A stretch of DNA of 64,000 nucleotides from IMG/VR virus record IMGVR_UViG_3300037475_000240, positions 32,001-96,000 of that record. One strand, given 5' to 3'. Positions 9,839 to 20,190 of the stretch are shown one piece after another. The notes beneath the pieces are model-generated. The model was not told the DNA's origin and ran no database searches. It saw nothing but the letters and a program-made list of their open reading frames with translations. Numbering within the stretch: the stretch's first letter is position 1; each line of letters begins with the position of its first letter. This DNA is from a virus. The translations under genes and the position numbers were made by a program.

Positions 9839-10569
9839 TACAAATTCCTTACTAAATTATTTAATACTTCTCTAATATAGGTTGAGTTATGGTTAAATAG
9901 GACGTGCTTAACGAATGTTATAGATTGTCCTATAGCAGATGATGCAGGCATTTTCTTACTTGCTATCTCTGTTTCATTAAGGGAGTATAACTTATTCTTT
10001 AAATTTTCAAGCGAACCTGGTCTTTTCTCAGGAGAAATTCTTTGTAAAGTAAATTTAACAATATTAGCTAAGTAAGCACCAACTGCTGCTGCATCACCTA
10101 ATTCACTAATAGCAGCATTCTTAACCATTTTCTTAGGAAATTTTATTTTGAATTTTTTACTAAATTTAACTACTGCATTTTGTAATGCAACTTTTTCTGG
10201 TTTTTGCAATTTATCTTTTACAGCATTATCAAAATGTTTTTTATATAAAGTTAAAAATAATCTCACTTGCTCTTTATCCGCTTTTTCTCTAAGCTTACGC
10301 ATAATAGCGGAATAAGAAAATTCTTCAACATCAGTTAAATCTAGTTCTTTATCTTCTGCAGAGTGTTGATCTCTATGTTTAAAATATTCAACTTGTCTTA
10401 ATCTTTTTTCAGCTCCAGCCTTAGAGTCTGATTCGCCCAAGTTTTTGCCTTTTTCAGATACAACGCGATATTTGCCCTTCATCTTCATGATGCGGGCTTC
10501 TTTTAGTAATTCAATGCATTCATTATGATATGCATTAGCTAACTTTAGAATATCGTTAGTATTAGTCAT
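9838..10569 (-). CDS. hypothetical virion-module protein
   Basis: Likely start MTNTND at 10569; contains the small phage-type domain KYRVVSEKGKNLG..SKAGAEKRLRQVEYFKH. Confidence 0.65.
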   Translation of the reverse strand: MTNTNDILKLANAYHNECIELLKEARIMKMKGKYRVVSEKGKNLGESDSKAGAEKRLRQVEYFKHRDQHSAEDKELDLTDVEEFSYSAIMRKLREKADKEQVRLFLTLYKKHFDNAVKDKLQKPEKVALQNAVVKFSKKFKIKFPKKMVKNAAISELGDAAAVGAYLANIVKFTLQRISPEKRPGSLENLKNKLYSLNETEIASKKMPASSAIGQSITFVKHVLFNHNSTYIREVLNNLVRNL

Positions 10570-10966
10570 TTTTCTTAGCAAAATCCTTATATATTCCTAG
10601 TGATTCAGAACCACTCTTAATAAATAGATCGTTAATAGTACCATTACCATCAACTTCTTTTAAAGCTCTAATAGCTCTTTCATTTACAAAAATTAAATTA
10701 CCTAATTGTTTAGTACCTTTAGAGTCAGCAGAATAAAATGAATTAAGAATTATACACTCTTTAAATGCGCCAACTACTTTTCCACAAAATACTGCAGGAT
10801 ATGACATACTTGTTTGTTCTAATTTAATTTCTTCAAAAGAATCTCCTAAATAAAGTTCTATAAATTTATCTTTAAGTAATTCTCCAATAAACTCAGCAAA
10901 TGTTTTGCTTCTATGATGCTCATTAAAGTTACTAATTAAATCGCTTATTTCTTTGGGTTGACGCAT
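10562..10966 (-). CDS. hypothetical protein, possible Sm/LSm-like fold
   Basis: FCGKVVGAFKECIIL...IFVNERAIRAL resembles the Sm1/Sm2 strand pattern. Confidence 0.5.
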   Translation of the reverse strand: MRQPKEISDLISNFNEHHRSKTFAEFIGELLKDKFIELYLGDSFEEIKLEQTSMSYPAVFCGKVVGAFKECIILNSFYSADSKGTKQLGNLIFVNERAIRALKEVDGNGTINDLFIKSGSESLGIYKDFAKKND

Positions 10967-10975
10967 TAGAAGTCC

Positions 10976-12052
10976 TTAAACAAATTTTAGTAAAAATTTT
11001 CTGTGTTCTGATTCTGCCAATTTTAAGTTAACAGTTTGATATGATGACTTTTTATTGGTAATTAATTGTGTTTTTATGCTAATACCACCAATTTTCTTGG
11101 TAACGTCAAAAAATACTTCAGCTAAAGAATTAGCTAATTGATCTATAGCATTAAAAACATCTTCTTGAGGACCAACGGCATCACATTCTACTTCTACATA
11201 ACCATTACCTAAATGTGTACTTACTTTAGCTGAAAGCTCTTCATCTAATGCTAAAGATAATATTCTAGCAAATTCTAAAGCTTCATTAATATTACTGGCA
11301 TTAATTTTAATCAAAGAAGAGTTATATGGCAAATATTTTTTATGCATTTTATTTAAACTAGAATTATCAGCAACTAAAGCTAAATAACGAGACAAAACAG
11401 TATCAACACTTGGAGAAACTTGTTTTGTTTGTTTGTTATTTAAATATTTGTCAAAAATAGATTCTTGTGAATTTCCTTTTGATGAGTCTATTTGTGCAAT
11501 TGCTTCACGATAGGCTGATTTGCCACGGGCTCTTTTTAAAACAGCCTGAATGTCACCATAAGTAATTTCTCCACTATGGTCAGCATCTAAACCAACATTA
11601 GATTCATAAAATTTCTTTTCTCTTTCAACACTTACACCAGGTAAATGTGGAGAAGTTGGATTTTTAGCTACAATTACAGTTTTAGGATCACCTTGACGCA
11701 CTCCTGGAAGTTTTAATGCAACAGGCAAGAAATTACCAATATAATATTGTTCAGCAGAAGTTAATGGTCCGCCATTAACTCTAATCATATTTTGAATTAA
11801 TTTTTCAACATAATCTAATTGATCTGATGCACTTGTTTGTCTAAACTCTTCATGAGTTCCTTTAAAACCAAGTGATGGTAAAAATTTTGGCATAATTTGG
11901 ACCAATCCAGACGCATTGCCATCTTTATTATGAGCAGACGGATCTAATCCAGACTCTACAGCCATAACATTGAGAATGTCCTCAGGCTTCATACCTACTT
12001 TGGTAGAAAGCTGAAGCAATTTCTGGTAAAAATTGGAGTCCAATTTAGACAT
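10976..12052 (-). CDS. lytic transglycosylase (SLT/lysozyme-like) domain protein, probably virion-associated
   Basis: VMAVESGLDPSAHN...ASGLVQIMP (catalytic ES, GLxQ), DQLDYVEK. Confidence 0.8.
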   Translation of the reverse strand: MSKLDSNFYQKLLQLSTKVGMKPEDILNVMAVESGLDPSAHNKDGNASGLVQIMPKFLPSLGFKGTHEEFRQTSASDQLDYVEKLIQNMIRVNGGPLTSAEQYYIGNFLPVALKLPGVRQGDPKTVIVAKNPTSPHLPGVSVEREKKFYESNVGLDADHSGEITYGDIQAVLKRARGKSAYREAIAQIDSSKGNSQESIFDKYLNNKQTKQVSPSVDTVLSRYLALVADNSSLNKMHKKYLPYNSSLIKINASNINEALEFARILSLALDEELSAKVSTHLGNGYVEVECDAVGPQEDVFNAIDQLANSLAEVFFDVTKKIGGISIKTQLITNKKSSYQTVNLKLAESEHRKFLLKFV

Positions 12053-12055
12053 CTA

Positions 12056-13300
12056 TTACTCCTCGATTGATTTAGCTAATTTGAATAATTGAACTGCAGT
12101 CGAAGTATCAGTGGCTTGAATAGATTTTGCATATGCACGGATACGCATAGCCATTAACGCAGGGCTTTCGTTAGCCATCGCTTCAAGCGAGTCCATAAAC
12201 TTTTTGTGGGCGCTTTTAGGAGGAGGAGGTATTTCTTCTAACTCTTCTTCATGAACTTCATCATGAGTTTCAGGAACTGGAGCAATAGGTGTTTTAGCGA
12301 CCAAATCACTTGGAAGTTTACCTGGAGCAAAGGTTCCAGACCCTGGTTGAATTGCATCTTCATAAACATCTTCTACGGGTGGTGGAGATGGTTGAGTTTT
12401 TGAAATCATAGGAATTGCATCATTTTCTTCATGTACTTCTAAATCTGAAACTTCTGATGTAGGAGGTGTTGAAGAAGATGGTATTACTTCTTGTTTACCT
12501 AAACTGGCTGCATCCTCTACTTTTTTAGTAGGAGCTAATAATTCTTGTTTCTCTAAAAATCCTTTAACATTTGATGTATAATGATCTCTAAACAATTTAT
12601 CATAATTATTATAAACAGAAGTTATTTTTCCTGCAGCTTTAATATAATCATCAACTTTTCTGGTTGCTCGAGCGGCAGCCATTTCTTTTAATGTAGAAAG
12701 TAATGAAGATAAAATACTTTCTGATTTTGTAATCAAATTAGATGTATCTTTCTTTAATTTACCAACTTGTTTTGGATATCTTTTTTCCCAAGCAGCTAAA
12801 GCTTTGCCACGCTCAGAAGAAATATTATGTAAAAAATCCATAATTCCAGCCTGAGAAATTAAAGAAGAACTTCTAGCAACAGCAAATCTACTTTTCATTT
12901 CAGAAAGATGTTTTCTTTGATCTTCATCTAAATCTTTAAATAAGAAATCATGATGTACTTGATCAACATCACCATTAAGATTATCAATAATTTTAACTAT
13001 ATCATAAAGTTTTTTATGAAATCTTCCTAAAAAAGCAACAGAAGTCATATATTCTCTTCTGTTTAAATTTGATTTGGCTCCTTTAATTAAATCCTTAAGA
13101 GAAGTAGAATCACTTCCAGGGTCTTCTCCTTCAATTTCTGTACCAGAAGCTATTGATCTTATTTTAGCATCTGCTGTTCGTAAGCTATTCATAACCCTTT
13201 CAAATTCTGGATTAAAGAATTTTTCGGCAGCAATACCGCTAACATTGCTCATTTCTCTGAGTTTATTAAGAATGCTTCTCTTTTGGGCAGTTTTCTGCAT
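12056..13300 (-). CDS. hypothetical virion-module protein
   Basis: Likely start MQKTAQ at 13300 (GAGG RBS); helical body with Pro/Glu-rich linker. Confidence 0.7.
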   Translation of the reverse strand: MQKTAQKRSILNKLREMSNVSGIAAEKFFNPEFERVMNSLRTADAKIRSIASGTEIEGEDPGSDSTSLKDLIKGAKSNLNRREYMTSVAFLGRFHKKLYDIVKIIDNLNGDVDQVHHDFLFKDLDEDQRKHLSEMKSRFAVARSSSLISQAGIMDFLHNISSERGKALAAWEKRYPKQVGKLKKDTSNLITKSESILSSLLSTLKEMAAARATRKVDDYIKAAGKITSVYNNYDKLFRDHYTSNVKGFLEKQELLAPTKKVEDAASLGKQEVIPSSSTPPTSEVSDLEVHEENDAIPMISKTQPSPPPVEDVYEDAIQPGSGTFAPGKLPSDLVAKTPIAPVPETHDEVHEEELEEIPPPPKSAHKKFMDSLEAMANESPALMAMRIRAYAKSIQATDTSTAVQLFKLAKSIEE

Positions 13301-13379
13301 GATATTCCTCTTAGTACGGACAATTAACAAATAAATACTAAATTATACATACGTAACATTATTACTTATTTGATTTTAA

Positions 13380-15212
13380 TTAGGCTAATGGTGTTCCACC
13401 ACTTGGAGGTGGTGAACTTCCACTGCCAGGTGGACCGGGAGGAGGAGGATTTGATAAATCTAGCCCTGGCAATCCAGAAGGTGGAGCTTCAGGTCCGCCA
13501 TTAGGTGGGGCGCTGGGAGATTCTCCTGGAACAGAAGCATTATTTTTAGCATCGGCTGATGGTTCTGGAATTTCATCCTCATCATCCAAGGCACGTAAAG
13601 TATTCAAGTCCATAGTATCCAAAGAAACTTTTTCTTTTTTAGAGATAGCATTTTGAATTGCTTCTTTTCTAATTTTTCTTTGTTCATCCGCATATTCAAG
13701 ACCCATAGAACGATAAAGCGTATGTACAGACACTCTCTTTTGATCATCTTGCCCTTGAGACAAAGTGACTAAATTATTAATATAGTCTCCTGCATCAAAA
13801 ATAGACATATGATTCCAATCAACTTCAGGAATAATAAGTTGTTTTTCTCCACCACTATAATCATAAAATCCTTGAATTTTAGAAATAGGAGCAAAAATCT
13901 TTCTCTTTAACCAAGAAGATAACATATTACGAAATTGCATATAACGTTGTCTTAAAACATCTAATGCAACACCACCATTAGCATAAGTAGTATCAGCCCC
14001 ACCATCCATCAAAACTGGTGGTACTTGTAATCCAACATAAATTTCTTTAATAATTTGAGTAATATCACCAGAAATATCATAAATACCTGAACCATAACCA
14101 ACTCTAGTTACATCAACGCCTTCATGAGTAAATACTTTAAAATCTTTATCATTTTGAGCTTGTTCAAAAGTTTGTCTCCAAGCTTCTAAGTCAGCTACAG
14201 TTGGTTTAAAATCAGCCGAACCAATTTTAACCAATGTCAAAGGATTAATCATATTATCTGCTTGAGCATATTTAGATTCTCTTAATTTATCAAATAACAT
14301 TAATTGTCTAAAAATACAAACTGGCAAACCAGTTCCTCTAATTTCATATGGACTAATTCTTCTAGCTAAATGAGAAATATTAAAACTATCCAATGGAATA
14401 TCACCGCCACGCTTAATACAATCAATTATATGTTGATTTAATTGCTTGCGCTGTTCAATATCAGAAGGTTTATTAGAATTAACTATTCTTTTTAAATTAG
14501 AATCGGGACGTAACATAATAACAGATTCATGTGCAGATACAGTTGCCTTTACTAACATATGATCTGGATTTTGAATTACTAAACGACTCCACTTTCCTTT
14601 ACTTTCATCTAATTCAGCATAAACAAATGTTTCACCTAATAACCAATATTCTTGAGCTATTTGAACACAAATATTCATTAAATCAATTTCTTCAATCATA
14701 TCATTAAAGAATTTTTCAATATCTTTATTTGGACATTTAATATTTAATTTACTAATTGGATATGTACTATGTAAATTAATAGCATTATGTACAAATGGGT
14801 TTAAAGCATAAAAACTTCTACACCAAGCATTAATAGTTGCTCTATCACGAGGTAAATTTAGATTGCTATTTAACCATAATGGAGAATAAACTTCCGGACC
14901 TTGTTTAACTGTGTCGCCCATACCACCACGAAATCCTCCGCCGCCACCACTTACAACTTGAGCAAATTTATTTACTCCAACAGAAGATGTAACATAAGAA
15001 TTTTGTGTTAATTCATTTTCAGAAGCTTTAGAATTATCAGTACCATCTCTATATAATCCTTGTTCAACTTCTCTTCCTAGAGCTTCTTTTCTGGGTTGAG
15101 AGATATTATGTGCCATAATAGCACTAACTTGTGGAGCTTGTGATCTATTATTTAAATAATTATCAGAATTGGATGGTCCAAACCATTTTTTCCCAGTTTT
15201 ATCAATAGGCAT
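13380..15212 (-). CDS. portal protein
   Basis: 610 aa directly downstream of the terminase; portal-like pattern (FVHNAINLHSTYP, EYWLLGETF, YEIRGTGL, GLQVPPVLM, TYANGGVAL), Pro/Gly tail. Confidence 0.75.
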   Translation of the reverse strand: MPIDKTGKKWFGPSNSDNYLNNRSQAPQVSAIMAHNISQPRKEALGREVEQGLYRDGTDNSKASENELTQNSYVTSSVGVNKFAQVVSGGGGGFRGGMGDTVKQGPEVYSPLWLNSNLNLPRDRATINAWCRSFYALNPFVHNAINLHSTYPISKLNIKCPNKDIEKFFNDMIEEIDLMNICVQIAQEYWLLGETFVYAELDESKGKWSRLVIQNPDHMLVKATVSAHESVIMLRPDSNLKRIVNSNKPSDIEQRKQLNQHIIDCIKRGGDIPLDSFNISHLARRISPYEIRGTGLPVCIFRQLMLFDKLRESKYAQADNMINPLTLVKIGSADFKPTVADLEAWRQTFEQAQNDKDFKVFTHEGVDVTRVGYGSGIYDISGDITQIIKEIYVGLQVPPVLMDGGADTTYANGGVALDVLRQRYMQFRNMLSSWLKRKIFAPISKIQGFYDYSGGEKQLIIPEVDWNHMSIFDAGDYINNLVTLSQGQDDQKRVSVHTLYRSMGLEYADEQRKIRKEAIQNAISKKEKVSLDTMDLNTLRALDDEDEIPEPSADAKNNASVPGESPSAPPNGGPEAPPSGLPGLDLSNPPPPGPPGSGSSPPPSGGTPLA

Positions 15213-15279
15213 ATTTCCTCGTTCTCTATTCTACCTACCTACTATGCTTTTTAAATAATATATCAATGAAAAGACATAG

Positions 15280-17136
15280 TTAGAATTTTCGAGGAATATA
15301 TCCTGCAATCACAAGAGGTTTTTGATTAAATCCTACTTGTTGTAAAATAGGATTATTATTAGTAAATCCACCAGTTAATATAAATTTATATGCAATATAA
15401 GCATTTAATAAAGCCATAAATCCATCGTTTGGTGTCCCACCTTTAATATAATGAATGCTTGGATCTCCAAATTTAGAAATAGATGGCTTAATTTCCATAC
15501 TAGCACAATGAGCCACTAACCAAGCAATTTTTTCATAATCACCAAATGGAAATTTAATATTTCCATTTTTCATTAAACCATAAAGTTCTCCAATATAATG
15601 ATCTCTTTCAAAAATAATTTCTTTTGGATACGCATCTTGATTATATTTAATATGATTATTAATTTTATTATGTGCTCTAGACACCAAATATTTATCACCA
15701 TAAGATGTGTGCATCATTTCAGAAAAATCATTAGAAAAACCAATATCTCCAATAGTTAATTGTAAACTATATTGCCTCATAAGCTGATCAATAATTCCTT
15801 TTTTGCTTTCCATATCATTTCTTTTAAATTTAGTAGCAAATTCTATTGATAATAAATTAGGTCCTTTAGCAGTTAATACTACTGCCGTACTGTAAGATTG
15901 TCCAGCTGCTTTAGCTTTATTTGGATTAGCTAATTGTTCTAAATCATTTCTAGCACCATAGTCGATTCCACAAACAACTATTGGTTCTTCGCCCGGAGCA
16001 ATAGATGCTCTAAATTTTCTACCAACATCGCCACATTTTTCTCTAATTTCTTCAATTGTAATTGGAGAGGTATCGCCTTGAAAAAATTCTCCAAGAACTT
16101 CATTTTTATAAACACGATCAGTATTAATCGGATGAACGCCAGGCTTTTCACCAAGAATATCTTCTTTAGTAAAAGTAGGCATGTATAATTGATTAATATG
16201 AAAACCAATCATCTGACAATCATCGTCATCAGTATCTTTAGTAGCTACCCATTTACCACGTTCAGCTGCTTGACGTTTATCCTGTTCATGACCACAATGG
16301 GTACATTTAACAATAAATCCAGTAATCCAAATTTTTTCCCAATCATCAGATTCTGGAGTATAAAGCGGAAAATGTTTTTCACAACTTTCACATCCTAAAT
16401 GATAATATTGTTGTGAAGACACTTGCCACATTTTATGAAAATCTGATCCCTTACGACGAGGAGTTCCAAAAAATACCTGCACACCTTTACCAGCTTTACC
16501 ATATTTAGCTGTAGTTAAAATCTTAAGGGAATTACCCATAGCTTCACTAGTCGTGTCCTGACATTCGTCGAAGAATATAATATCGGCAGTACGACCTCTA
16601 AGTCTATCACCAGTTAAACCAGTAGACTCTACCCAAATATGATTACCACCAACGAATTGTTTAAAATGTAATGAATCATTAGTTGCACTAGTTTGATCCA
16701 TAAGAGAGTGCATGTAAGATTTTATTTTGATACCAGGTTTTTTTTCTGGGTCATCCATTTGAATAGATGACATAATCATTGGATTAAGTTTTGTCTTAGA
16801 ATAAGCGGCAGCTAACTCTAATTGTGGAAATGCATGAATAATTCTGATTGGAGACTTTTCCCCAACTCCAAAAATTCCAGAACCCATGAAATACATTTCA
16901 AGAGCACTTGCCATAGTAGTTCCACCAACCTGACGACCTTTAACTAAAATAACAGGTTTAGCATTTGGTTCTAAAGCTTTAATTCCAATGTAACGATATA
17001 TGTCGGCGAAGGGCTTATACCCATTATTGTGCAGTCTAAATGGCTTTCCATCTAATGTTAAATAATTTTCTACGAATGCAACTGGATCTAAATTTAATAA
17101 AGACTTTCTTAATTTATGAAAAACTTCCGATGACAT
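15280..17136 (-). CDS. terL: terminase large subunit (lambda GpA-like)
   Basis: Walker A KGRQVGGTT, LRGRTADIIFFDE Walker B, GTP coupling motif, CESC/CTHC Zn finger, GFHINQL, nuclease GIDYG. Confidence 0.85.
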   Translation of the reverse strand: MSSEVFHKLRKSLLNLDPVAFVENYLTLDGKPFRLHNNGYKPFADIYRYIGIKALEPNAKPVILVKGRQVGGTTMASALEMYFMGSGIFGVGEKSPIRIIHAFPQLELAAAYSKTKLNPMIMSSIQMDDPEKKPGIKIKSYMHSLMDQTSATNDSLHFKQFVGGNHIWVESTGLTGDRLRGRTADIIFFDECQDTTSEAMGNSLKILTTAKYGKAGKGVQVFFGTPRRKGSDFHKMWQVSSQQYYHLGCESCEKHFPLYTPESDDWEKIWITGFIVKCTHCGHEQDKRQAAERGKWVATKDTDDDDCQMIGFHINQLYMPTFTKEDILGEKPGVHPINTDRVYKNEVLGEFFQGDTSPITIEEIREKCGDVGRKFRASIAPGEEPIVVCGIDYGARNDLEQLANPNKAKAAGQSYSTAVVLTAKGPNLLSIEFATKFKRNDMESKKGIIDQLMRQYSLQLTIGDIGFSNDFSEMMHTSYGDKYLVSRAHNKINNHIKYNQDAYPKEIIFERDHYIGELYGLMKNGNIKFPFGDYEKIAWLVAHCASMEIKPSISKFGDPSIHYIKGGTPNDGFMALLNAYIAYKFILTGGFTNNNPILQQVGFNQKPLVIAGYIPRKF

Positions 17137-17198
17137 CTAAACTTCCTTACACAATAATGTTTAAATATGTAAGGTTAATTATGTCATTCTAAATAAAA

Positions 17199-17852
17199 TT
17201 AATTGTTAGAAGATGGCATCAAAATATTAAAAGCATCTGTATTAGAAGGATTTAAGTCACTATCACTTACTTGATCCATTGTGCCTAAATTATTATGTTG
17301 TTCATAATTCGTTGGATTTTGTTGTTTAGCTCTTAAATTAAGTTGACTAACTAATCTAACAAAACTATCTTCATCCCAATCTTTATCTTCAGAAACATCA
17401 TTATGATGAATTCTTTTCACTCTTTCAATAATAGCTGGAATTGAATTATTACCTTTAGTATCTCGAATAATATTTTCTAAAGTGTTTTTTATTTGTGGAC
17501 ACTTTTTAATTACCATTGGCACTTTTAAAGATTTTTCTGGTGCTTGCTCTTGTGCAACCTTAGTGTTGACTTTTTCTTCTTCAGAAATCTTATTCATCTT
17601 ACTTAAATAAGCAGTTAATCCACTACGAGCTTTCATATCTTCAACTGCAGCATCTACAGAAGTATATTTTGATTTAGTTCCACCATTCATGATATCATTA
17701 ATTTGATGAAATAATGAATTATCAACACTTCTTGGTTGAACTGCATCTTTAGTTAAAGATTGCTCTAATTTATTTACCCAATTATCTTCATCTTGTTGAG
17801 AGTCAGAATGTTTGGAAATAACTGATTGATGTCTATTATATTTTTTGGACAT
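17199..17852 (-). CDS. hypothetical virion-module protein
   Basis: 217-aa ORF in a tightly packed operon. Confidence 0.65.
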   Translation of the reverse strand: MSKKYNRHQSVISKHSDSQQDEDNWVNKLEQSLTKDAVQPRSVDNSLFHQINDIMNGGTKSKYTSVDAAVEDMKARSGLTAYLSKMNKISEEEKVNTKVAQEQAPEKSLKVPMVIKKCPQIKNTLENIIRDTKGNNSIPAIIERVKRIHHNDVSEDKDWDEDSFVRLVSQLNLRAKQQNPTNYEQHNNLGTMDQVSDSDLNPSNTDAFNILMPSSNN

Positions 17853-17854
17853 AA

Positions 17855-18769
17855 TTAACCTTTGTAATTTGCCATAAAATCAAAATTATCAGAAGATGAA
17901 AGATCATAATCTTCACTTAAATAACCACGATCCTGTCTCATTGGAAAGCCCATATCTTCAAGTAATTGTTGAACTTCGGCTTGTTCACGATCATTTAGCT
18001 TATATTTTTTAACTTGTCTTGAATATAAATCTTCAATATCATGACCAGCAGAAACTGTTCCATTAATACAAATTCTGGCAATTCTAGAAATCAATAATGG
18101 AACAGTTACAAAAACGCCTTGAACACCAGTAATTTTTTGTCCCTCTTTAACTAAAGAAGACTCAGAATCGGATTCTGCGCTTTTCTTTCTCTTGGACTTT
18201 TTCTTACTTTGCTTAACCTTATCTAATCTATCATGAAGTTTTGCAATACCATTTTCAATTTGGGCGCGAACTTCCTCAATTTTATTGGCATCTAATTCGC
18301 CATCAACATCTAATCTCATAGCTTTAGAAATTTCCGAATCCAATTTATCTAAATAAGAAACAGCTCTCTCTAATCCTGCTGTATCATAACCTGAATGTTT
18401 TGGAATGCTATCAATTCTTTCTTTAACCCAAGAAATAAAACCCTCAGATCCTTTTGAAGACCAATCCCATTTTTCTGGCTTCTTAGATTTTGCTTCATTT
18501 TCATCTTCTTTATCTTTTTTATCATCTTCCTCAATAACCTCTAATAAAGGTTCTGGATCAGAAGTGCCTCTTGGAGCACCAGGCAGATCATCAATAACAA
18601 TAGAAATTTCACCAGGTTCATTAACTTCTAATGGGCTCATGTCAAAATGAGATCCTACTTCAGCAGGACCATCTATAATTTCTAATGGAATCATAGACAT
18701 CTCATGATTATTCATGTCTGGTGCTGGTTCAAGTACTATTAATTCTTGGGCGGTGGTTTCAAATGACAT
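17855..18769 (-). CDS. hypothetical virion-module protein
   Basis: 304 aa, GAGG RBS, acidic N-terminus, K-x-A/G motifs. Confidence 0.7.
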   Translation of the reverse strand: MSFETTAQELIVLEPAPDMNNHEMSMIPLEIIDGPAEVGSHFDMSPLEVNEPGEISIVIDDLPGAPRGTSDPEPLLEVIEEDDKKDKEDENEAKSKKPEKWDWSSKGSEGFISWVKERIDSIPKHSGYDTAGLERAVSYLDKLDSEISKAMRLDVDGELDANKIEEVRAQIENGIAKLHDRLDKVKQSKKKSKRKKSAESDSESSLVKEGQKITGVQGVFVTVPLLISRIARICINGTVSAGHDIEDLYSRQVKKYKLNDREQAEVQQLLEDMGFPMRQDRGYLSEDYDLSSSDNFDFMANYKG

Positions 18770-18832
18770 TTATGGTACCTCAAACAAAATCTTATTCTTT
18801 CATATGCATTTATATGTACAAATAATATTTTG

Positions 18833-19420
18833 TTAAAATGATATATTATCGAACAAAGTGTTACCAGAATCGGTTATTCCATAGTCAGCAGACCTATCGC
18901 TAATAGTTTTATCAGCATCTAATTCTGCAGGGTCCATGCCATCTGGAAGTCCTAACAAAGGTGTCTGAGTGGGTCTAATGACCTTCTCTAATTTTTCTTC
19001 TATATTTTTTGGATCAGATTCATCATTTTGATAATCCCTTCCAAAATCCAATTTATCTGGACTTTTATCTTCTTGATCATTAAATGGAAGATATTCATCA
19101 GCAATTCCACCAAATGGTAAAGAAACCTGTATTATACCTGATTCATCAGGAGTAATAGGATTTTTTATTGATTCATCTAAAGGAAAATCAATAGCTTGCT
19201 TTAAAATTGCTTTTAATATTTTTATCCTTAAAGCAGCTTTCTTTTTCCCCTTATTTCTTTTTCTTTTCTTTTTAAGAAAATCAGCTACACTTTTGTATTT
19301 ACTCATATTTTGATAAAGACCGGCACCTGGACCAGTATTATTTTCATATAGATCGTAATTTTTAAATAGAGGCTCATCAAAACGTGCTTTATCTAATTCA
19401 TGATTTTTATTTTTTGGCAA
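18833..19420 (-). CDS. hypothetical protein (basic N-terminus, acidic C-terminus)
   Basis: 195 aa, TTG start with GGAGG RBS, overlaps the nucleotidyltransferase stop. Confidence 0.65.
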   Translation of the reverse strand: MPKNKNHELDKARFDEPLFKNYDLYENNTGPGAGLYQNMSKYKSVADFLKKKRKRNKGKKKAALRIKILKAILKQAIDFPLDESIKNPITPDESGIIQVSLPFGGIADEYLPFNDQEDKSPDKLDFGRDYQNDESDPKNIEEKLEKVIRPTQTPLLGLPDGMDPAELDADKTISDRSADYGITDSGNTLFDNISF

Positions 19421-20180
19421 GAATACCTCCTTTTACATTTTTTATATAATATGGATATACAATTTCTGTAATAGGAATATAATTCCATAAATTCATTTTA
19501 GTTAAATAAAACGAGGCTTTATCAGGATTTTTAGCAAAAGCTTCATTTAATTTTTCTGACATTACTTTATTTGTAGAAATTTTAACAGATTCAGGATGTT
19601 GTTTGACATATTTAACTATACTTTCATCAATATTAAAATCTAATTTACAAGCTAAATAAATGGCTCTAATAACCCTATTCCTATTTGTAGTTAAAGTAAT
19701 TTCTGGATCTAAACAAGTTTTAATTAATTTAGCGTCAATATCCTTAAATCCTTTATGTGTTGGATCAATAACATTTTTTAAATCTAAAGATAATAATAAA
19801 GAATTACAGGTAAAATCTCTACTGAACATTTCTTTTTGCATTTCAGTAGGCTTATTTATACCTATTTTATTTAAATAAGTATTAATATTAGGTACATTAT
19901 AATTTGATGAAAAATCTATTTTTAAATTACCAATAAAAATAGTGCTATGTCCATCTGACATAGTTTTTCTTTCTACATTATATTTTTTCTTTAATTCAGC
20001 ACTAAATTCTTGCGAAAGATATTCTACAGTTTTATCACCAGTAGTTAGATCAATATCAGCAATATTTTCTAAATGTTTTAAATAACGATCACGAGGCGTA
20101 CCGCCACAAATGTAGCAAGGAGATGCTCCAGTTTTTTCTTGCACGCTTTGTAGTTGTGAAAGTAGTTCTTTTAATTTCAT
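19407..20180 (-). CDS. class II (CCA-adding / poly(A) polymerase family) nucleotidyltransferase, short form
   Basis: Motif A CGGTPRD..DIDL, motif B SRDFTCNSL, GFKDI; motif D altered (TNRNRVIRA); only 257 aa. Confidence 0.85.
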   Translation of the reverse strand: MKLKELLSQLQSVQEKTGASPCYICGGTPRDRYLKHLENIADIDLTTGDKTVEYLSQEFSAELKKKYNVERKTMSDGHSTIFIGNLKIDFSSNYNVPNINTYLNKIGINKPTEMQKEMFSRDFTCNSLLLSLDLKNVIDPTHKGFKDIDAKLIKTCLDPEITLTTNRNRVIRAIYLACKLDFNIDESIVKYVKQHPESVKISTNKVMSEKLNEAFAKNPDKASFYLTKMNLWNYIPITEIVYPYYIKNVKGGILAKK

Positions 20181-20190
20181 TCATCATCGC

